This document shows, piece by piece, positions 37,353 through 47,636 of a stretch of DNA of 64,000 nucleotides. Under the pieces are notes generated by a model that made no database searches, was not told where the DNA came from, and saw nothing but the letters and a program-made list of their open reading frames with translations. The stretch comes from an uncultured Gemmatimonadales bacterium (GTDB taxonomy: Bacteria; Gemmatimonadota; Gemmatimonadetes; Longimicrobiales; RSA9). Position 1 is the first letter of the stretch; every line of letters starts with the position of its first letter. Made by a program: the position numbers and the translations under genes. Where the stretch lies: the NCBI GenBank assembly GCA_963786235.1, contig CAWAYJ010000020.1, forward strand, positions 35,804 to 99,803. The letters are read 5' to 3'.

Positions 37353-38021
37353 ATGAGTGGGCAATTCGAGCGGTACGAGGGTGGGGAAGTGGTGGCGGAC
37401 GATGTGATGCGGGAGCGGGGGCGGGCGGTGCTGGAGGAGATGCGGCGGCGACGCACGGTGCGGGACTTCGCGTCGACGCCGGTTCCGCGCGCGGCGATCG
37501 AGACGTGCCTGCTGGCGGCGGGGACGGCGCCGAACGGGGCGAACCGGCAGCCCTGGCATTTCGTGGTGGTGACGGATGCGGCGCGGAAGCGGCAGATCCG
37601 GGAGGCGGCGGAGCGGGAAGAGCGCGAGTTCTACGAGACCCGGGCGCCGGCGGAATGGCTGGAGGCGCTGGCGCCGCTGGGCACGGGCCCGGAGAAGCCG
37701 TTCCTCGAGGCCGCGCCGGTGCTGATCGCGGTGTTCGCGCAGAGCTACGCCGTGCTGCCGGATGGCGGTCGGGCGAAGAACTACTACGTGACGGAGTCCG
37801 TCGGCATTGCCACGGGGCTGCTGATCTCGGCCTTGCACCGCTGCGGCTTGGCGACGCTCACGCACACGCCGAGCCCGATGGGCTTCCTGAACCGGCTGCT
37901 CGGCCGGCCGGCCAACGAGCGGCCGTTCCTTCTGCTCGTGGTGGGTCACGCGGCGCCCGATGCGCGCGTTCCGGTCATCGCGAAGAAGCGGCTCGAGGAA
38001 ATCGCGACGTTCCTCGACTGA
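37353..38021 (+). CDS. nitroreductase-fold iodotyrosine deiodinase-like flavoprotein
   Basis: [54 protein letters not shown]. Confidence 0.85.
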   Translation: MSGQFERYEGGEVVADDVMRERGRAVLEEMRRRRTVRDFASTPVPRAAIETCLLAAGTAPNGANRQPWHFVVVTDAARKRQIREAAEREEREFYETRAPAEWLEALAPLGTGPEKPFLEAAPVLIAVFAQSYAVLPDGGRAKNYYVTESVGIATGLLISALHRCGLATLTHTPSPMGFLNRLLGRPANERPFLLLVVGHAAPDARVPVIAKKRLEEIATFLD

Positions 38022-38081
38022 TGCGCGGAACGCCCGACCCCGTCCCGATCCGCGCGCAGCCCACCGGCGCCGCGCCGCGGT

Positions 38082-38110
38082 TTGCCGCCGGCCGTGGGCG
38101 CGCCTACATT
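38082..38110 (+). promoter_or_regulatory. putative sigma70-like promoter
   Basis: TTGCCG-17 bp-TACATT upstream of the hypothetical-GDPD-tilS gene run. Confidence 0.45.
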
Positions 38111-38137
38111 GCCGACAACCTTCTGCGCCGGTGGACG

Positions 38138-38701
38138 ATGACTCTCCCCCCCGACGAACCGACCGGGCCGAGCCCCGCGCCTGCCGAGGGTGAACGTCGC
38201 CTGCATCCCGGAATCTACATCGCTCGTCGCCGGGCCCGCCTCGAGACGATCCTCATGCAGCCGCTGGTCGTGCCGCGCGGTAACGGCGTCTCGGAAGAGA
38301 GCCGCACGTTCCTGCTGGAGGAAGCGGAGGAGCTCTTCTGGAACGAGTTGGAGTGGGAGAAGCTCACGTCGGAGGAGATGTCGGAGGGTGGCAGTTCGCT
38401 GGTCGAACGCACGTTCCCCGGCTTCCTCGCGTTCATCGACGGTCTGCTGCTCAAGGAAGTGCACGAATCCTCACCGGAGCCCGCCCGTCCGAAGCCCGAG
38501 GTCGTCGAGGAGATCCTGGTGTTCCTCGCCCAACGTTACCTCGAACTGTTGCCGTGGACGGAGCCCGAGGCGCGGCTCGAGCGGGCCTGGACGGAGCGTC
38601 TGATCGACCTCGTGCTGTACCGGCTGCACGGCCTGAGCGTCGATCGGGTCCTGGTGTTCGAACCGCCGCCGACGGGCACGGAGGAGGAGGGCACGTCGTG
38701 A
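38138..38701 (+). CDS. hypothetical helical, acidic protein
   Basis: Protein-like composition, GTGA overlap with the next gene; no family recognised. Confidence 0.7.
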   Translation: MTLPPDEPTGPSPAPAEGERRLHPGIYIARRRARLETILMQPLVVPRGNGVSEESRTFLLEEAEELFWNELEWEKLTSEEMSEGGSSLVERTFPGFLAFIDGLLLKEVHESSPEPARPKPEVVEEILVFLAQRYLELLPWTEPEARLERAWTERLIDLVLYRLHGLSVDRVLVFEPPPTGTEEEGTS

Positions 38702-39543
38702 CCGCGCGCGAGGCGCTGCGCTCGGGGCCGCTGCTGATCGCGCATCGGGGTGGTTCGGGGCTCGCGCCGGAGAACACGATGACCGCGTTCGAAAGCGCCG
38801 TGCACGACTGGGCCGCCGACATGATCGAACTGGACGTGCGCGTCACCGCGGACGGTGCCTGCGTCGTGATCCACGACGCGACGGTCGACCGCACCACGGA
38901 TGGCAGCGGCGCCGTCGCCGAAATGAGCCTGGCTGAGCTGCAGAGCCTCGACGCGGGCTACCGCTTCACGCCCGACGCCGGTCGCAGCTTCCCGTTCCGG
39001 GACCGTGGTATCCGGGTCTCGACGTTCGCCGAAGTACTGGAGCGGATTCCCGGCATCCCGCTCACCGTCGAAGTGAAGACGGGTGCGGCGCAGGCTCCGC
39101 TGTTCGAGGCGATACGCCGTCACGGCGCGACCGACCGGATCATCGCGGCCGGCATGTATGACGCCGACCGCACCCTCTTCGTGAACTGGTCGGGGGGGGT
39201 GAGCGCGTCGGCGGAGACCATCACCCGGTTCTTCGTCCTGCACCTGCTGCGCCTGGCCCGGTTCCGCCGGCCTCCCGCCGACGTGTTTCAGGTGCCGGAG
39301 ACGCACGAGGGCCGCCGCATCGTGACTCCGCGCTTCGTTCGCGACCTCGCGCGCCACGGCATTCCCGTGCACGTCTGGACCGTCGACGATGAGTCCGACA
39401 TGCGTCGTTTGCTCGATTGGGGCGTCGGAGGCCTGATCAGCGACCGGCCCGACCGGCTCGCACCAGTCCTCAACGAGCATGTCGGGCGGCCGCTCCCGCC
39501 CGGCGCGGCGCCCGCGACGGAACCCGCCGGCGGAGCGTCATGA
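38698..39543 (+). CDS. glycerophosphodiester phosphodiesterase
   Basis: IAHRGG...PENT, IELDV, HDATVDRTTDG, VWTVD, LISDRP. Confidence 0.92.
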   Translation: MTAREALRSGPLLIAHRGGSGLAPENTMTAFESAVHDWAADMIELDVRVTADGACVVIHDATVDRTTDGSGAVAEMSLAELQSLDAGYRFTPDAGRSFPFRDRGIRVSTFAEVLERIPGIPLTVEVKTGAAQAPLFEAIRRHGATDRIIAAGMYDADRTLFVNWSGGVSASAETITRFFVLHLLRLARFRRPPADVFQVPETHEGRRIVTPRFVRDLARHGIPVHVWTVDDESDMRRLLDWGVGGLISDRPDRLAPVLNEHVGRPLPPGAAPATEPAGGAS

Positions 39544-40901
39544 TGCACCCCGTGAGCGGCGAGACACTGGACCGCGCGTTCCATGCGCACCTCGCCAGGT
39601 CCCGGCTGATCGCGCCCGGGTCGGCCGTACTGGTCGCGCTCTCGGGAGGGCTCGATTCGGTCGTCCTGCTCGACCTCCTCCGGGGCGAGGCGATGGGGGG
39701 TGCGCTACGCCTGCACGCCGCCCATTTCGACCATCACATGCGTCCGGACAGTGGCGGCAATGCCGCCTGGGTGCGCGGGCTCTGCCGCGGCTGGGACATC
39801 CCGCTCGTCTCGGCCGTCGCGGCCACGCCGCCGCGCTCGGAATCGACCGCGCGCGAGGCCCGCTACGCGTTCCTGTACGACGCCGCCCGCGAGACGGGTG
39901 CGGACCAGATCGCCACCGCGCACCACGCCGATGACCAGGCGGAGACCGTGCTGTTCCGTCTCGCCCGGGGGACCGGCGTGGGCGGGCTCGCGGGGATTCC
40001 CGCCCGCCGCGGCCGGCTGGTCCGTCCGCTGCTTCCGTTCCACCGCGCCGTCCTGGCCGCGTACGCCGGATTTCGCGGCCTCCGCTACCGCGACGATCCC
40101 TCGAATCGCGACCTGCGCTTCGCCCGCAACCGGATCCGCCTCGAGGTGCTGCCGGCCCTCGAGACGGCACGTCCGGGAGCCACCGCCTCGATCGTCCGGC
40201 TGGCCCGCGAGGCGGCCCGGGCCGAAACGGCCTGGAACCAGATCACCGACGACCTGCTCGAAACCCTTGCGATCCGCGCGTCCGACGGGTCCGTTCAGCT
40301 TGCCCGGGAGGGGCTGCTCGGGTATCATCCGCACATTCGCGCGCGTCTCGTGCGGCGCGCGTTCGGCAGGCTCGGGCGCATGCCCGGCCGCGCAGGAACG
40401 CTCGCCGCGCTTGCGTTTATTACTTCGGGCGCGAGCGGAGGAGAGATCGAGTTGTCCGGCGGCCTGCGTCTGGAGCGCCAGTTCGACCGGATCGTCATCC
40501 GCCGCGGGGCCGACCGAGCGGAGCCGAACCGCCCGCTCCTGATTCCCGAGTCGGGGACCGGCCGTGGCGAGGCGGTGATCGGAGGACGCGGGCTGCGGGT
40601 GCACTGGTCGCTCGAGCCCGGGGGCGGCGAGTCCTTCGACCCCGGCTCTCTCCGGTTCCCCCTCGAATTGCGCGAGTGGCGGCCGGGCGACCGGATCCGC
40701 CTCGCATCGGGAACGAAGAAGCTGAAGAAGTTGTTCGTGGAACGAAGAGTCCCGAAACCCGAGCGACGCCGGATTCCAGTGCTGGCGGAGCGGAACGGGA
40801 TCGTCCTCTGGATTGCGGATGTCGCCCGCGCCGCCGGCCTCGAGCCGACCCCCGGGGGCCCGGTCTTCCGGATCGTGATGAGGGATGGAAGAGACGATTG
40901 A
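39540..40901 (+). CDS. tilS: tRNA(Ile)-lysidine synthetase
   Basis: ALSGGLDS, AREARY, TAHHADDQAET, RPLL, DPSN..RNRIR. Confidence 0.93.
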   Translation: MMHPVSGETLDRAFHAHLARSRLIAPGSAVLVALSGGLDSVVLLDLLRGEAMGGALRLHAAHFDHHMRPDSGGNAAWVRGLCRGWDIPLVSAVAATPPRSESTAREARYAFLYDAARETGADQIATAHHADDQAETVLFRLARGTGVGGLAGIPARRGRLVRPLLPFHRAVLAAYAGFRGLRYRDDPSNRDLRFARNRIRLEVLPALETARPGATASIVRLAREAARAETAWNQITDDLLETLAIRASDGSVQLAREGLLGYHPHIRARLVRRAFGRLGRMPGRAGTLAALAFITSGASGGEIELSGGLRLERQFDRIVIRRGADRAEPNRPLLIPESGTGRGEAVIGGRGLRVHWSLEPGGGESFDPGSLRFPLELREWRPGDRIRLASGTKKLKKLFVERRVPKPERRRIPVLAERNGIVLWIADVARAAGLEPTPGGPVFRIVMRDGRDD

Positions 40902-41451
40902 GATCAGGGCCCGTACGGGTGGCCAGCCGCTCGAGCGGATCGTGTACCCGGCTGACCGCATTGCCGCGCGCGTCGCGGAGATGGGGCGCGCGATCGCGGC
41001 CGCCTATCCGGCCGATGAGGAGTTGCTCGTCATAGGACTGCTCAAGGGATCGTTCATCTTCGTGGCCGACCTGGTGCGCGAGACCCCCCGGCCCCTGAAG
41101 GTGGACTTTCTCGTCGCCGCCAGCTACGGGGCGGGCACCACGAGCAGCGGCACGGTACGGCTCGCGTACGATCCGCACGTGGACCTGTCGGACTGCCACG
41201 TATTGCTGGTCGAGGACATCATTGACAGCGGCAACACTATCGAACGGCTCGTGCCAATGCTTCGTGCAAGAGGCCCGAAGAGCCTCGAGATGTGCGCCCT
41301 GCTGCACAAGCACCTGGCCCCGCCGCTGACGCTCGAACCGCGGTGGATCGGATTCGATGCGCCGCCCGACTTCCTCGTCGGCTACGGCCTCGACCATGGT
41401 GAGGACTTCAGGAGTCTCCCGTTCATTGCGGCCCTCGCGGGCCCACGATGA
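40885..41451 (+). CDS. hpt: hypoxanthine phosphoribosyltransferase
   Basis: [29 protein letters not shown]. Confidence 0.95.
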   Translation: MEETIEIRARTGGQPLERIVYPADRIAARVAEMGRAIAAAYPADEELLVIGLLKGSFIFVADLVRETPRPLKVDFLVAASYGAGTTSSGTVRLAYDPHVDLSDCHVLLVEDIIDSGNTIERLVPMLRARGPKSLEMCALLHKHLAPPLTLEPRWIGFDAPPDFLVGYGLDHGEDFRSLPFIAALAGPR

Positions 41452-43502
41452 GCGGGGGGAATCGGAATATGCAGGATCGAGAAAAGAACAGGCCGGGCAA
41501 GGAAGGCTCGCGGTTCGCGCGTTTTTCGCGCGGTGCGTCGTTCTGGATCATCATCTTCCTGATCCCGCTGTTCATCATCAACGTGCTCACCTCGCGCCGC
41601 ACGGACTCGACCGAGTTGACGTATACCGAGTTCGAGCAGCAGCTGCAGAACGGCAACATCTCGGAAGTCACGATCACGGATGGCAAACGCGTGGACGGCA
41701 AGCTGCGCGCGCCGATCGCCGGGAAGGAGGGCCAGGTCCAGGAATTCTGGACGCTGCTTCCCGTCAAGGACAGCGAGCAGATCCTGAACTCGCTCACCGA
41801 GCACAACGTGAACGTGGCCGCGGCGCAGCAGCACCAGAACTGGTGGACGCTGCTGATCGGGTTCCTGCCCTGGCTGCTGATCATCGGCTTCTGGTTCTTC
41901 ATGCTGCGCCAGATGCAGGCGGGCGGCTCGAAAGCGTTCCAGTTCGGCAAGTCGAAGGCGCGGCTGCTGACCGGCGACACGCCCAAGGTCACGTTCGCCA
42001 ATGTCGCGGGCGCCGATGAGGCGAAGGACGAGCTGCAGGAGATCATCGAGTTCCTGAAGGACCCGCAGAAGTTCAGCCGGCTGGGCGGTCGGTTGCCGAA
42101 AGGCGTGCTGCTGGTCGGGCCTCCGGGTACGGGCAAGACGCTGCTGGGCCGGGCGGTCGCGGGCGAGGCGGGCCGGCCCTTCTTCTCGATGTCCGGCTCG
42201 GATTTCGTCGAGATGTTCGTGGGCGTCGGCGCGTCGCGCGTGCGGGACCTGTTCGAGCAGGGTAAGGCGCACGCGCCCTGCATCATCTTCATCGACGAGA
42301 TCGACGCGGTGGGCCGTCATCGAGGCGCGGGCCTGGGCGGCGGCCACGACGAGCGCGAGCAGACGCTGAATCAGCTGCTCGTCGAGATGGATGGCTTCGA
42401 GTCCAACGAAGGCGTGATCCTGCTGGCCGCGACCAACCGGCCGGACGTCCTCGATCCGGCGCTGTTGCGCCCCGGCCGCTTCGACCGGCAGGTCGTGGTC
42501 GATGCGCCGGACGTGAAGGGACGCGAAGGGATCCTGCGGGTACACCTGCGCAAGGTCCCCATCTCGGACGACGTGGAGGTGAGCGTGCTGGCGCGGGCGA
42601 CACCCGGGATGAGCGGCGCCGATCTTGCCAACCTGATCAACGAAGGCGCTCTGCTGGCGGCCCGTCGGGACCACGACCGCGTGAACATGATCGACCTCGA
42701 GGACGCCAAGGACAAGGTGATGCTGGGCGCGGAACGGCGGAGCATGGTGCTGACCGACGCCGAGAAGACCCTGACTGCGTACCACGAAGCCGGCCATGCC
42801 GTTGTCGCCCTGCGGATTCCCGGCCTGGATCCGATCCACAAGATCACGATCGTGCCCCGCGGCCGGGCGCTGGGCGTAACGGCGTCACTGCCCGAAACGG
42901 ATCGCCACTCCTACTCGCGCGATTACCTGATCGCGCAGTTGGCCATGCTGTACGGTGGCCGCGCGGCCGAGGAGATGATCTTCGGCAAGGAGAAGATCAC
43001 GACGGGCGCGGGCAACGACATCGAGCGCGCCACCATCATGGCGCGCCGGATGGTCACGCAGTTCGGGATGAGCGACGAGATCGGTCCGATGGCGGTGGGC
43101 GACGCGGAGCACGAGGTCTTCCTCGGCCGCGAGATCGTGCAGCGAAGGGCCGTTTCGGAAGACGTCGCGGAGCGCGTGGACAACGAAGTGAAGCGCATGC
43201 TGGATGACGCCTACGAGTCGGCGATTGACGCGCTCGAGGCCAACCGGTCGCTGCTCGAGCAGATCGCCGACGCGCTGCTCGAGCGGGAGACGCTCGACCG
43301 CGAGGAGGTCGAGCTGCTGGCCGCCGGTGAGCCCCTGCCCGAGATCAAGGTGGTCAAGGCCGCCCGCGAGTTCGCCGAGGCGCTCCGTCGCGACGCCCAT
43401 GCCACGCCGGCTGCGGAGGATGGCGACCCGACCGCTTCCAATCCCGACGACGGCGTCGAGGTGGCCGTGTCCGTCGACCGGGACGCCGAGCCCGCGTCCT
43501 GA
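41448..43502 (+). CDS. ftsH: ATP-dependent zinc metalloprotease FtsH
   Basis: Two TMs, [26 protein letters not shown]. Confidence 0.97.
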   Translation: MSGGNRNMQDREKNRPGKEGSRFARFSRGASFWIIIFLIPLFIINVLTSRRTDSTELTYTEFEQQLQNGNISEVTITDGKRVDGKLRAPIAGKEGQVQEFWTLLPVKDSEQILNSLTEHNVNVAAAQQHQNWWTLLIGFLPWLLIIGFWFFMLRQMQAGGSKAFQFGKSKARLLTGDTPKVTFANVAGADEAKDELQEIIEFLKDPQKFSRLGGRLPKGVLLVGPPGTGKTLLGRAVAGEAGRPFFSMSGSDFVEMFVGVGASRVRDLFEQGKAHAPCIIFIDEIDAVGRHRGAGLGGGHDEREQTLNQLLVEMDGFESNEGVILLAATNRPDVLDPALLRPGRFDRQVVVDAPDVKGREGILRVHLRKVPISDDVEVSVLARATPGMSGADLANLINEGALLAARRDHDRVNMIDLEDAKDKVMLGAERRSMVLTDAEKTLTAYHEAGHAVVALRIPGLDPIHKITIVPRGRALGVTASLPETDRHSYSRDYLIAQLAMLYGGRAAEEMIFGKEKITTGAGNDIERATIMARRMVTQFGMSDEIGPMAVGDAEHEVFLGREIVQRRAVSEDVAERVDNEVKRMLDDAYESAIDALEANRSLLEQIADALLERETLDREEVELLAAGEPLPEIKVVKAAREFAEALRRDAHATPAAEDGDPTASNPDDGVEVAVSVDRDAEPAS

Positions 43503-44398
43503 TGAGCGGGGCGACCGCGGGCGTGTTCTGGCGCACTGCCCGCGGCGCCGTCTCCACCGACCGCGCTCTCGTCGCGGCCATCCTCAACCTCACCCCCGAT
43601 TCCTTCTGGAGCGGCAGCCGACAGGCCGACCTGGCCGCCGCGATCGCCGCGGCCGAACGCGCGCTCCGGGACGGAGCCGACCTGCTCGACGTGGGCGGCG
43701 AGTCCACCCGCCCGGGCGCCGTGCCGGTTGCGGAATCGGAGGAACGGGCGCGCGTGGTGCCGTTCGTGCGCGAGGCGGCGCGGCGCTGGCCGGCCGTGCC
43801 GGTCTCGGTCGACACCGTGAAGAGCGGCGTCGCCGATGCGGCGCTCGGGGAAGGCGCGTGGATCGTGAACGACGTCTCCGGCCTCCGGCTCGATCCGGAG
43901 CTCGGCGCGGTCACGGCGCGGCACGGCGCCGGGCTGGTGCTGATGCACTCGCGCGGAGGCGTGGATCGAATGGCCAGCTACGAGCTGGCCGACTACGACG
44001 ACGATCCGGCCGGAGTCGTCCGAAGCGAGCTCGAGGTCGCCCTGGAGCGCGCCCGCGCCGCCGGCGTCGAGCCGGACCGGGTGGTGCTCGATCCGGGCCT
44101 CGGCTTCGCGAAGCGGACGACGGACAGCGTGGCGGTGCTCTCCGGCCTCGCCCGGATTGTCGAGCTCGGCCGGCCCGTGATGGTCGGCCCGTCGCGAAAA
44201 CGCTTCGTCGGCGAGCTCGGCGGCGGATTGCCGCCCGAGGACCGGCTCGAGGGCACCATCGCCGTATGCGTCGTGGCCCTGTCGCGCGGCGCCCGTATCT
44301 TCCGCGTCCACGATCCCGGCCCGGTCCGCCGCGCGCTCGACGTCGCGGAGGCGCTCGGCACGGTGAGCCTCCACGGCAACGGAACCCCGGCACGGTAA
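43502..44398 (+). CDS. folP: dihydropteroate synthase
   Basis: ILNLTPDSF, DVGGESTRPGA, DPGLGFAK, SRKRF, RVHD. Confidence 0.95.
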   Translation: MSGATAGVFWRTARGAVSTDRALVAAILNLTPDSFWSGSRQADLAAAIAAAERALRDGADLLDVGGESTRPGAVPVAESEERARVVPFVREAARRWPAVPVSVDTVKSGVADAALGEGAWIVNDVSGLRLDPELGAVTARHGAGLVLMHSRGGVDRMASYELADYDDDPAGVVRSELEVALERARAAGVEPDRVVLDPGLGFAKRTTDSVAVLSGLARIVELGRPVMVGPSRKRFVGELGGGLPPEDRLEGTIAVCVVALSRGARIFRVHDPGPVRRALDVAEALGTVSLHGNGTPAR

Positions 44399-44402
44399 CG
44401 GC

Positions 44403-45161
44403 ATGCAGGTACCCGGGCTGCTCGACCTCTTCCAGATCCTGATCGTGGCCGCGGCCCTCTATTACGTGCTGCGCGTCCTCGCCCGGACCCGCGCGATCCA
44501 GATGCTCGTCGGCCTGCTGCTGCTCGTGCTCGTCTATTTCGCCGCACGGATCCTGAACCTCGACCTGATCACCTACATCCTCGAGAAGGTGTTCCAGTAC
44601 GGCGCGATCGCGGCGCTCATCGTGTTCCACCCGGAACTCCGGAACGCGCTCGCCCGCCTCGGCCAGAGCCGCATGCTGCGACTGTTCAACCGGTTGGAGA
44701 GCCGCGAGGTGGAGGAGGAGCTGATCGTCACCATCGAGCGGCTGGCCCGCGCCGGGACCGGTGCGATCATCGCCGTCCAGCGCGAGATGGGGCTCGATGA
44801 GTACGCCGAGTCGGGGACCCGGCTCCAGGCCCGCGTCTCCGCCGACCTGATCGTCTCGCTCTTCTCGCCCTACGGCCCGCTCCACGACGGCGCGGTCCTC
44901 GTCCGTGATGACACCATCATCGCCGCCGGCGTCATTCTGCCGCTCACCCAGTTTCCCGTGCCGGACCGGACCCTGGGCACCCGGCACCGGGCGGCCATCG
45001 GGCTGGCCGAGGAGACCGATGCGCTCGTCATCGTCGTGAGCGAGGAGACCTCCTGGATCTCGCTCGCGCACCGCGGTCGGATCGAGCGCAACGTCGGACT
45101 CGACCGCGTGCGCCAGGCGCTGGCCGGTGGGCCGGCCGAAACCGCCCGCATACCGGCCTGA
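44403..45161 (+). CDS. cdaA: membrane diadenylate cyclase (CdaA/DacA)
   Basis: N-terminal TMs, F.PELR, PLHDGA, GTRHRAA, VSEET. Confidence 0.93.
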   Translation: MQVPGLLDLFQILIVAAALYYVLRVLARTRAIQMLVGLLLLVLVYFAARILNLDLITYILEKVFQYGAIAALIVFHPELRNALARLGQSRMLRLFNRLESREVEEELIVTIERLARAGTGAIIAVQREMGLDEYAESGTRLQARVSADLIVSLFSPYGPLHDGAVLVRDDTIIAAGVILPLTQFPVPDRTLGTRHRAAIGLAEETDALVIVVSEETSWISLAHRGRIERNVGLDRVRQALAGGPAETARIPA

Positions 45162-45166
45162 CGTAT

Positions 45167-45196
45167 TTGACACTCGCCCCGAGAGAAACATATACT
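45167..45196 (+). promoter_or_regulatory. near-consensus sigma70 promoter of the exbB-exbD-exbD-tonB operon
   Basis: TTGACA-18 bp-TATACT. Confidence 0.7.
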
Positions 45197-45260
45197 CCCG
45201 GGATCCGATTTTCCGGCCGTTTCACGGTCCCGGCGATCACGCCCAACCCCGGAGCGTAGC

Positions 45261-45929
45261 TTGCAAGGCGGAGAAACCACGGGCACGTCGTTCACGCTGC
45301 TCAACATGTTCGCCGACGGCGGGGAGTTCATGTACCCGCTGATCCTCTGCTCGCTGTTCGCCCTCGGCGTCATCATCGCGAAGTTCTGGGCGCTGTTCGA
45401 GGCACGCCGCAACTCGAAGCGAGTGCTCAGCGAGGCCGAAGCGCTGATCAAGGCCCACAAGGTCGACGAGGCGATCACCCTCGCGGAGAACACGCCCGGA
45501 CCCGTGGCCGCGATCCTGCTCGCCGGGTTGCGCCGTGTCCAGGCGGGGGACATGGCGGTCGGCGACGTCGAGAAGGCCATCAAGACGACGGGTACGATCG
45601 AGCTCGGCTTCCTCGAACGCGGCCTGTCGGTCCTCGCCACCGTGTCCAGCGTGGCGCCCCTGCTCGGCTTCCTCGGCACGGTCGCCGGCATGATCTCGGC
45701 TTTCGGCGCCATCGCCGCCGCCGGCCAGGTGGAAGCATCTCTGGTCGCCGGGGGTATCAAGATCGCACTCATCACGACGGCCACCGGCCTGATCATAGCG
45801 GTGCCCGTGAACGTGTTCTACAACTACTTCGTGACGCGGATCGACGTCCTGATCATGGACATGGAGCACGGTGCGGCCCGGGTGTTCAATCTGATCTGGG
45901 ACCTGACCGACGCCCGGGCTTCGGGTTGA
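45261..45929 (+). CDS. exbB: MotA/TolQ/ExbB proton channel protein
   Basis: APLLGFLGTV.GMI.AF, GIKIALITTA.GL; TTG start with GGAG RBS. Confidence 0.9.
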   Translation: MQGGETTGTSFTLLNMFADGGEFMYPLILCSLFALGVIIAKFWALFEARRNSKRVLSEAEALIKAHKVDEAITLAENTPGPVAAILLAGLRRVQAGDMAVGDVEKAIKTTGTIELGFLERGLSVLATVSSVAPLLGFLGTVAGMISAFGAIAAAGQVEASLVAGGIKIALITTATGLIIAVPVNVFYNYFVTRIDVLIMDMEHGAARVFNLIWDLTDARASG

Positions 45930-45944
45930 CGAGGAGAACGAGAC

Positions 45945-46367
45945 ATGGCTGTCATGCACAGAAGGAAGAGGACGGAGAGCGAGATTCCGACCGCGTCCAT
46001 GGCCGACATCGCGTTCCTCCTCCTCATCTTCTTCCTCACGACCACGGTGTTCGACGAAGAGAAGGGCCTGCCGATCGTGCTCCCCGAGGCGCGGGAGACG
46101 GTCGAGGTCTCGCAGAAGAACATCCTGCACCTGATCATCGAAGCGGACGGTGTGGTCCGGGTCAAGGCCGGCGAGAGCCCGCAGGAGCAGACGGTCAGGG
46201 CCAATGACGTCGGCTCCCTCTGGCGGATCAACGCCGCCCAGAACCCGAATCTGATCGCGGCCGTGAACACGGCGCCCAATGCGCCGTACCGGCTGATGAT
46301 CGACGTCCTGGACGCGCTGCAGACCGCCGGCGCTACGAAGATCTCGCTCCAAATCCTGGAGGAATAG
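45945..46367 (+). CDS. exbD: ExbD/TolR protein
   Basis: SMADIAFLLLIFF with conserved TM Asp. Confidence 0.88.
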   Translation: MAVMHRRKRTESEIPTASMADIAFLLLIFFLTTTVFDEEKGLPIVLPEARETVEVSQKNILHLIIEADGVVRVKAGESPQEQTVRANDVGSLWRINAAQNPNLIAAVNTAPNAPYRLMIDVLDALQTAGATKISLQILEE

Positions 46368-46372
46368 CCGCC

Positions 46373-46813
46373 ATGCAACAGGGTGGATTCCAGCGGAAGT
46401 CGAAGGCGGCGATGGAGATCCCGACCTCCTCGCTCGCCGACATGGCATTCCTCTTGCTGATCTTCTTCATGGTCAGCACGACGTTCCCGAGCGAGCGCCC
46501 GCGGAAACTGCCGTTCCCGCAGGCCGAGGCGACCGAGAAGCTGGACGCGCCGCGAAAGGATGTCCTGCACCTGTACCTCGAGAAGGACGGCCGGGTATTC
46601 ATCAACGACGCCAACATCCCGATGGGCGATGTCAGCGCGATTGTTGCGCCGAAATACGCGGAGAACCGGGCCTTGATCGTGATGATCCGGGCCGATGAGA
46701 ACGTCCCGTACTCGTACGTGGATGCGGTCCAGAAGGAGTTGCAGGAGGCGGGAGCGATTCGTGTCACCTTCTACACGAATCTCGAACGCCGGATCACCCG
46801 CGAGAGGAGGTAG
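46373..46813 (+). CDS. exbD: ExbD/TolR protein (second copy)
   Basis: SLADMAFLLLIFFMV, IRAD..VPY. Confidence 0.88.
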   Translation: MQQGGFQRKSKAAMEIPTSSLADMAFLLLIFFMVSTTFPSERPRKLPFPQAEATEKLDAPRKDVLHLYLEKDGRVFINDANIPMGDVSAIVAPKYAENRALIVMIRADENVPYSYVDAVQKELQEAGAIRVTFYTNLERRITRERR

Positions 46814-46819
46814 GATCCC

Positions 46820-47503
46820 ATGGCGGAGGTGACGAAGAAAGGCACCATGGTGACGGCGAACGACCGGTTCAAGCGCAAGTTCGGTGACTGGTTCTGGGGC
46901 GCAATGGCGGTCGCCGCTCTCCTCCACGGCGCGATGTTCGCGCTCTTCCCGAAGATGACGTCGGGCGACGTCTCGTTCACGACCGAAGAGCTGCAGACGG
47001 TCGACCTGCCGCCGGAGGTCGACATCCCGCCGCCGCCGGAGGCGATCTCGCGTCCGGCCACGCCGGTGGTCGGCAGTGCGAACATCAGCGAGGACATCAC
47101 GATCGCCTCGACGACGTTCGAGGAAAACCCGGTGAACAACCTGCCGCCGCCGCCGACGACGGGCGCGGGCGTGATGTCGGAGGACATCGCCAAGGCGCCG
47201 ACGTTCACGCCGTTCACGGTCGCGCCGCACCTGAAGAACACGGCCGACGTCCAGCGCGCGCTCGAGCGCAACTATCCGCCGCTTCTGCGTGATGCGGGCA
47301 TTGGCGGTGAGGTCAACCTCTGGTTCTTCATCGACGAACAGGGCAAGGTCCTGAACACGAAGGTCAACCAGTCGAGCGGCTATCCGGCGATGGACGAAGC
47401 CGCGGTCAAGGTGGGCCAGATGATGCAGTTCACGCCGGCGCAGAACCGCGACAAGGTCGTTCAGGTCTGGGTGTCGATTCCGATCAAGTTCAACACGAAG
47501 TAA
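46820..47503 (+). CDS. tonB: energy transducer TonB
   Basis: TM with His, Pro-rich linker, YP...R.AGI.G.V, SSG...DEAA, FTPA. Confidence 0.9.
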   Translation: MAEVTKKGTMVTANDRFKRKFGDWFWGAMAVAALLHGAMFALFPKMTSGDVSFTTEELQTVDLPPEVDIPPPPEAISRPATPVVGSANISEDITIASTTFEENPVNNLPPPPTTGAGVMSEDIAKAPTFTPFTVAPHLKNTADVQRALERNYPPLLRDAGIGGEVNLWFFIDEQGKVLNTKVNQSSGYPAMDEAAVKVGQMMQFTPAQNRDKVVQVWVSIPIKFNTK

Positions 47504-47536
47504 GTCCGGTCCGACCGGTGCTCGGACGAGCACGAG

Positions 47537-47573
47537 CGAGGGGGAACCGGCGACGGTTCCCCCTCGTATTTCT
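47537..47573 (+). terminator. rho-independent terminator
   Basis: CGAGGGGGAACCG-gcga-CGGTTCCCCCTCG followed by TATTTCT. Confidence 0.85.
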
Positions 47574-47600
47574 TGGGGTGAGAAGCGGGTATCGGCGTCG

Positions 47601-47629
47601 TTGATCTTTGGGTGGACCGCGGATACGTT
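47601..47629 (+). promoter_or_regulatory. sigma70-like promoter, probably giving a leaderless yggS mRNA
   Basis: TTGATC-17 bp-TACGTT ending 7 nt before ATG 47637; no Shine-Dalgarno. Confidence 0.5.
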
Positions 47630-47636
47630 TGCGGCC

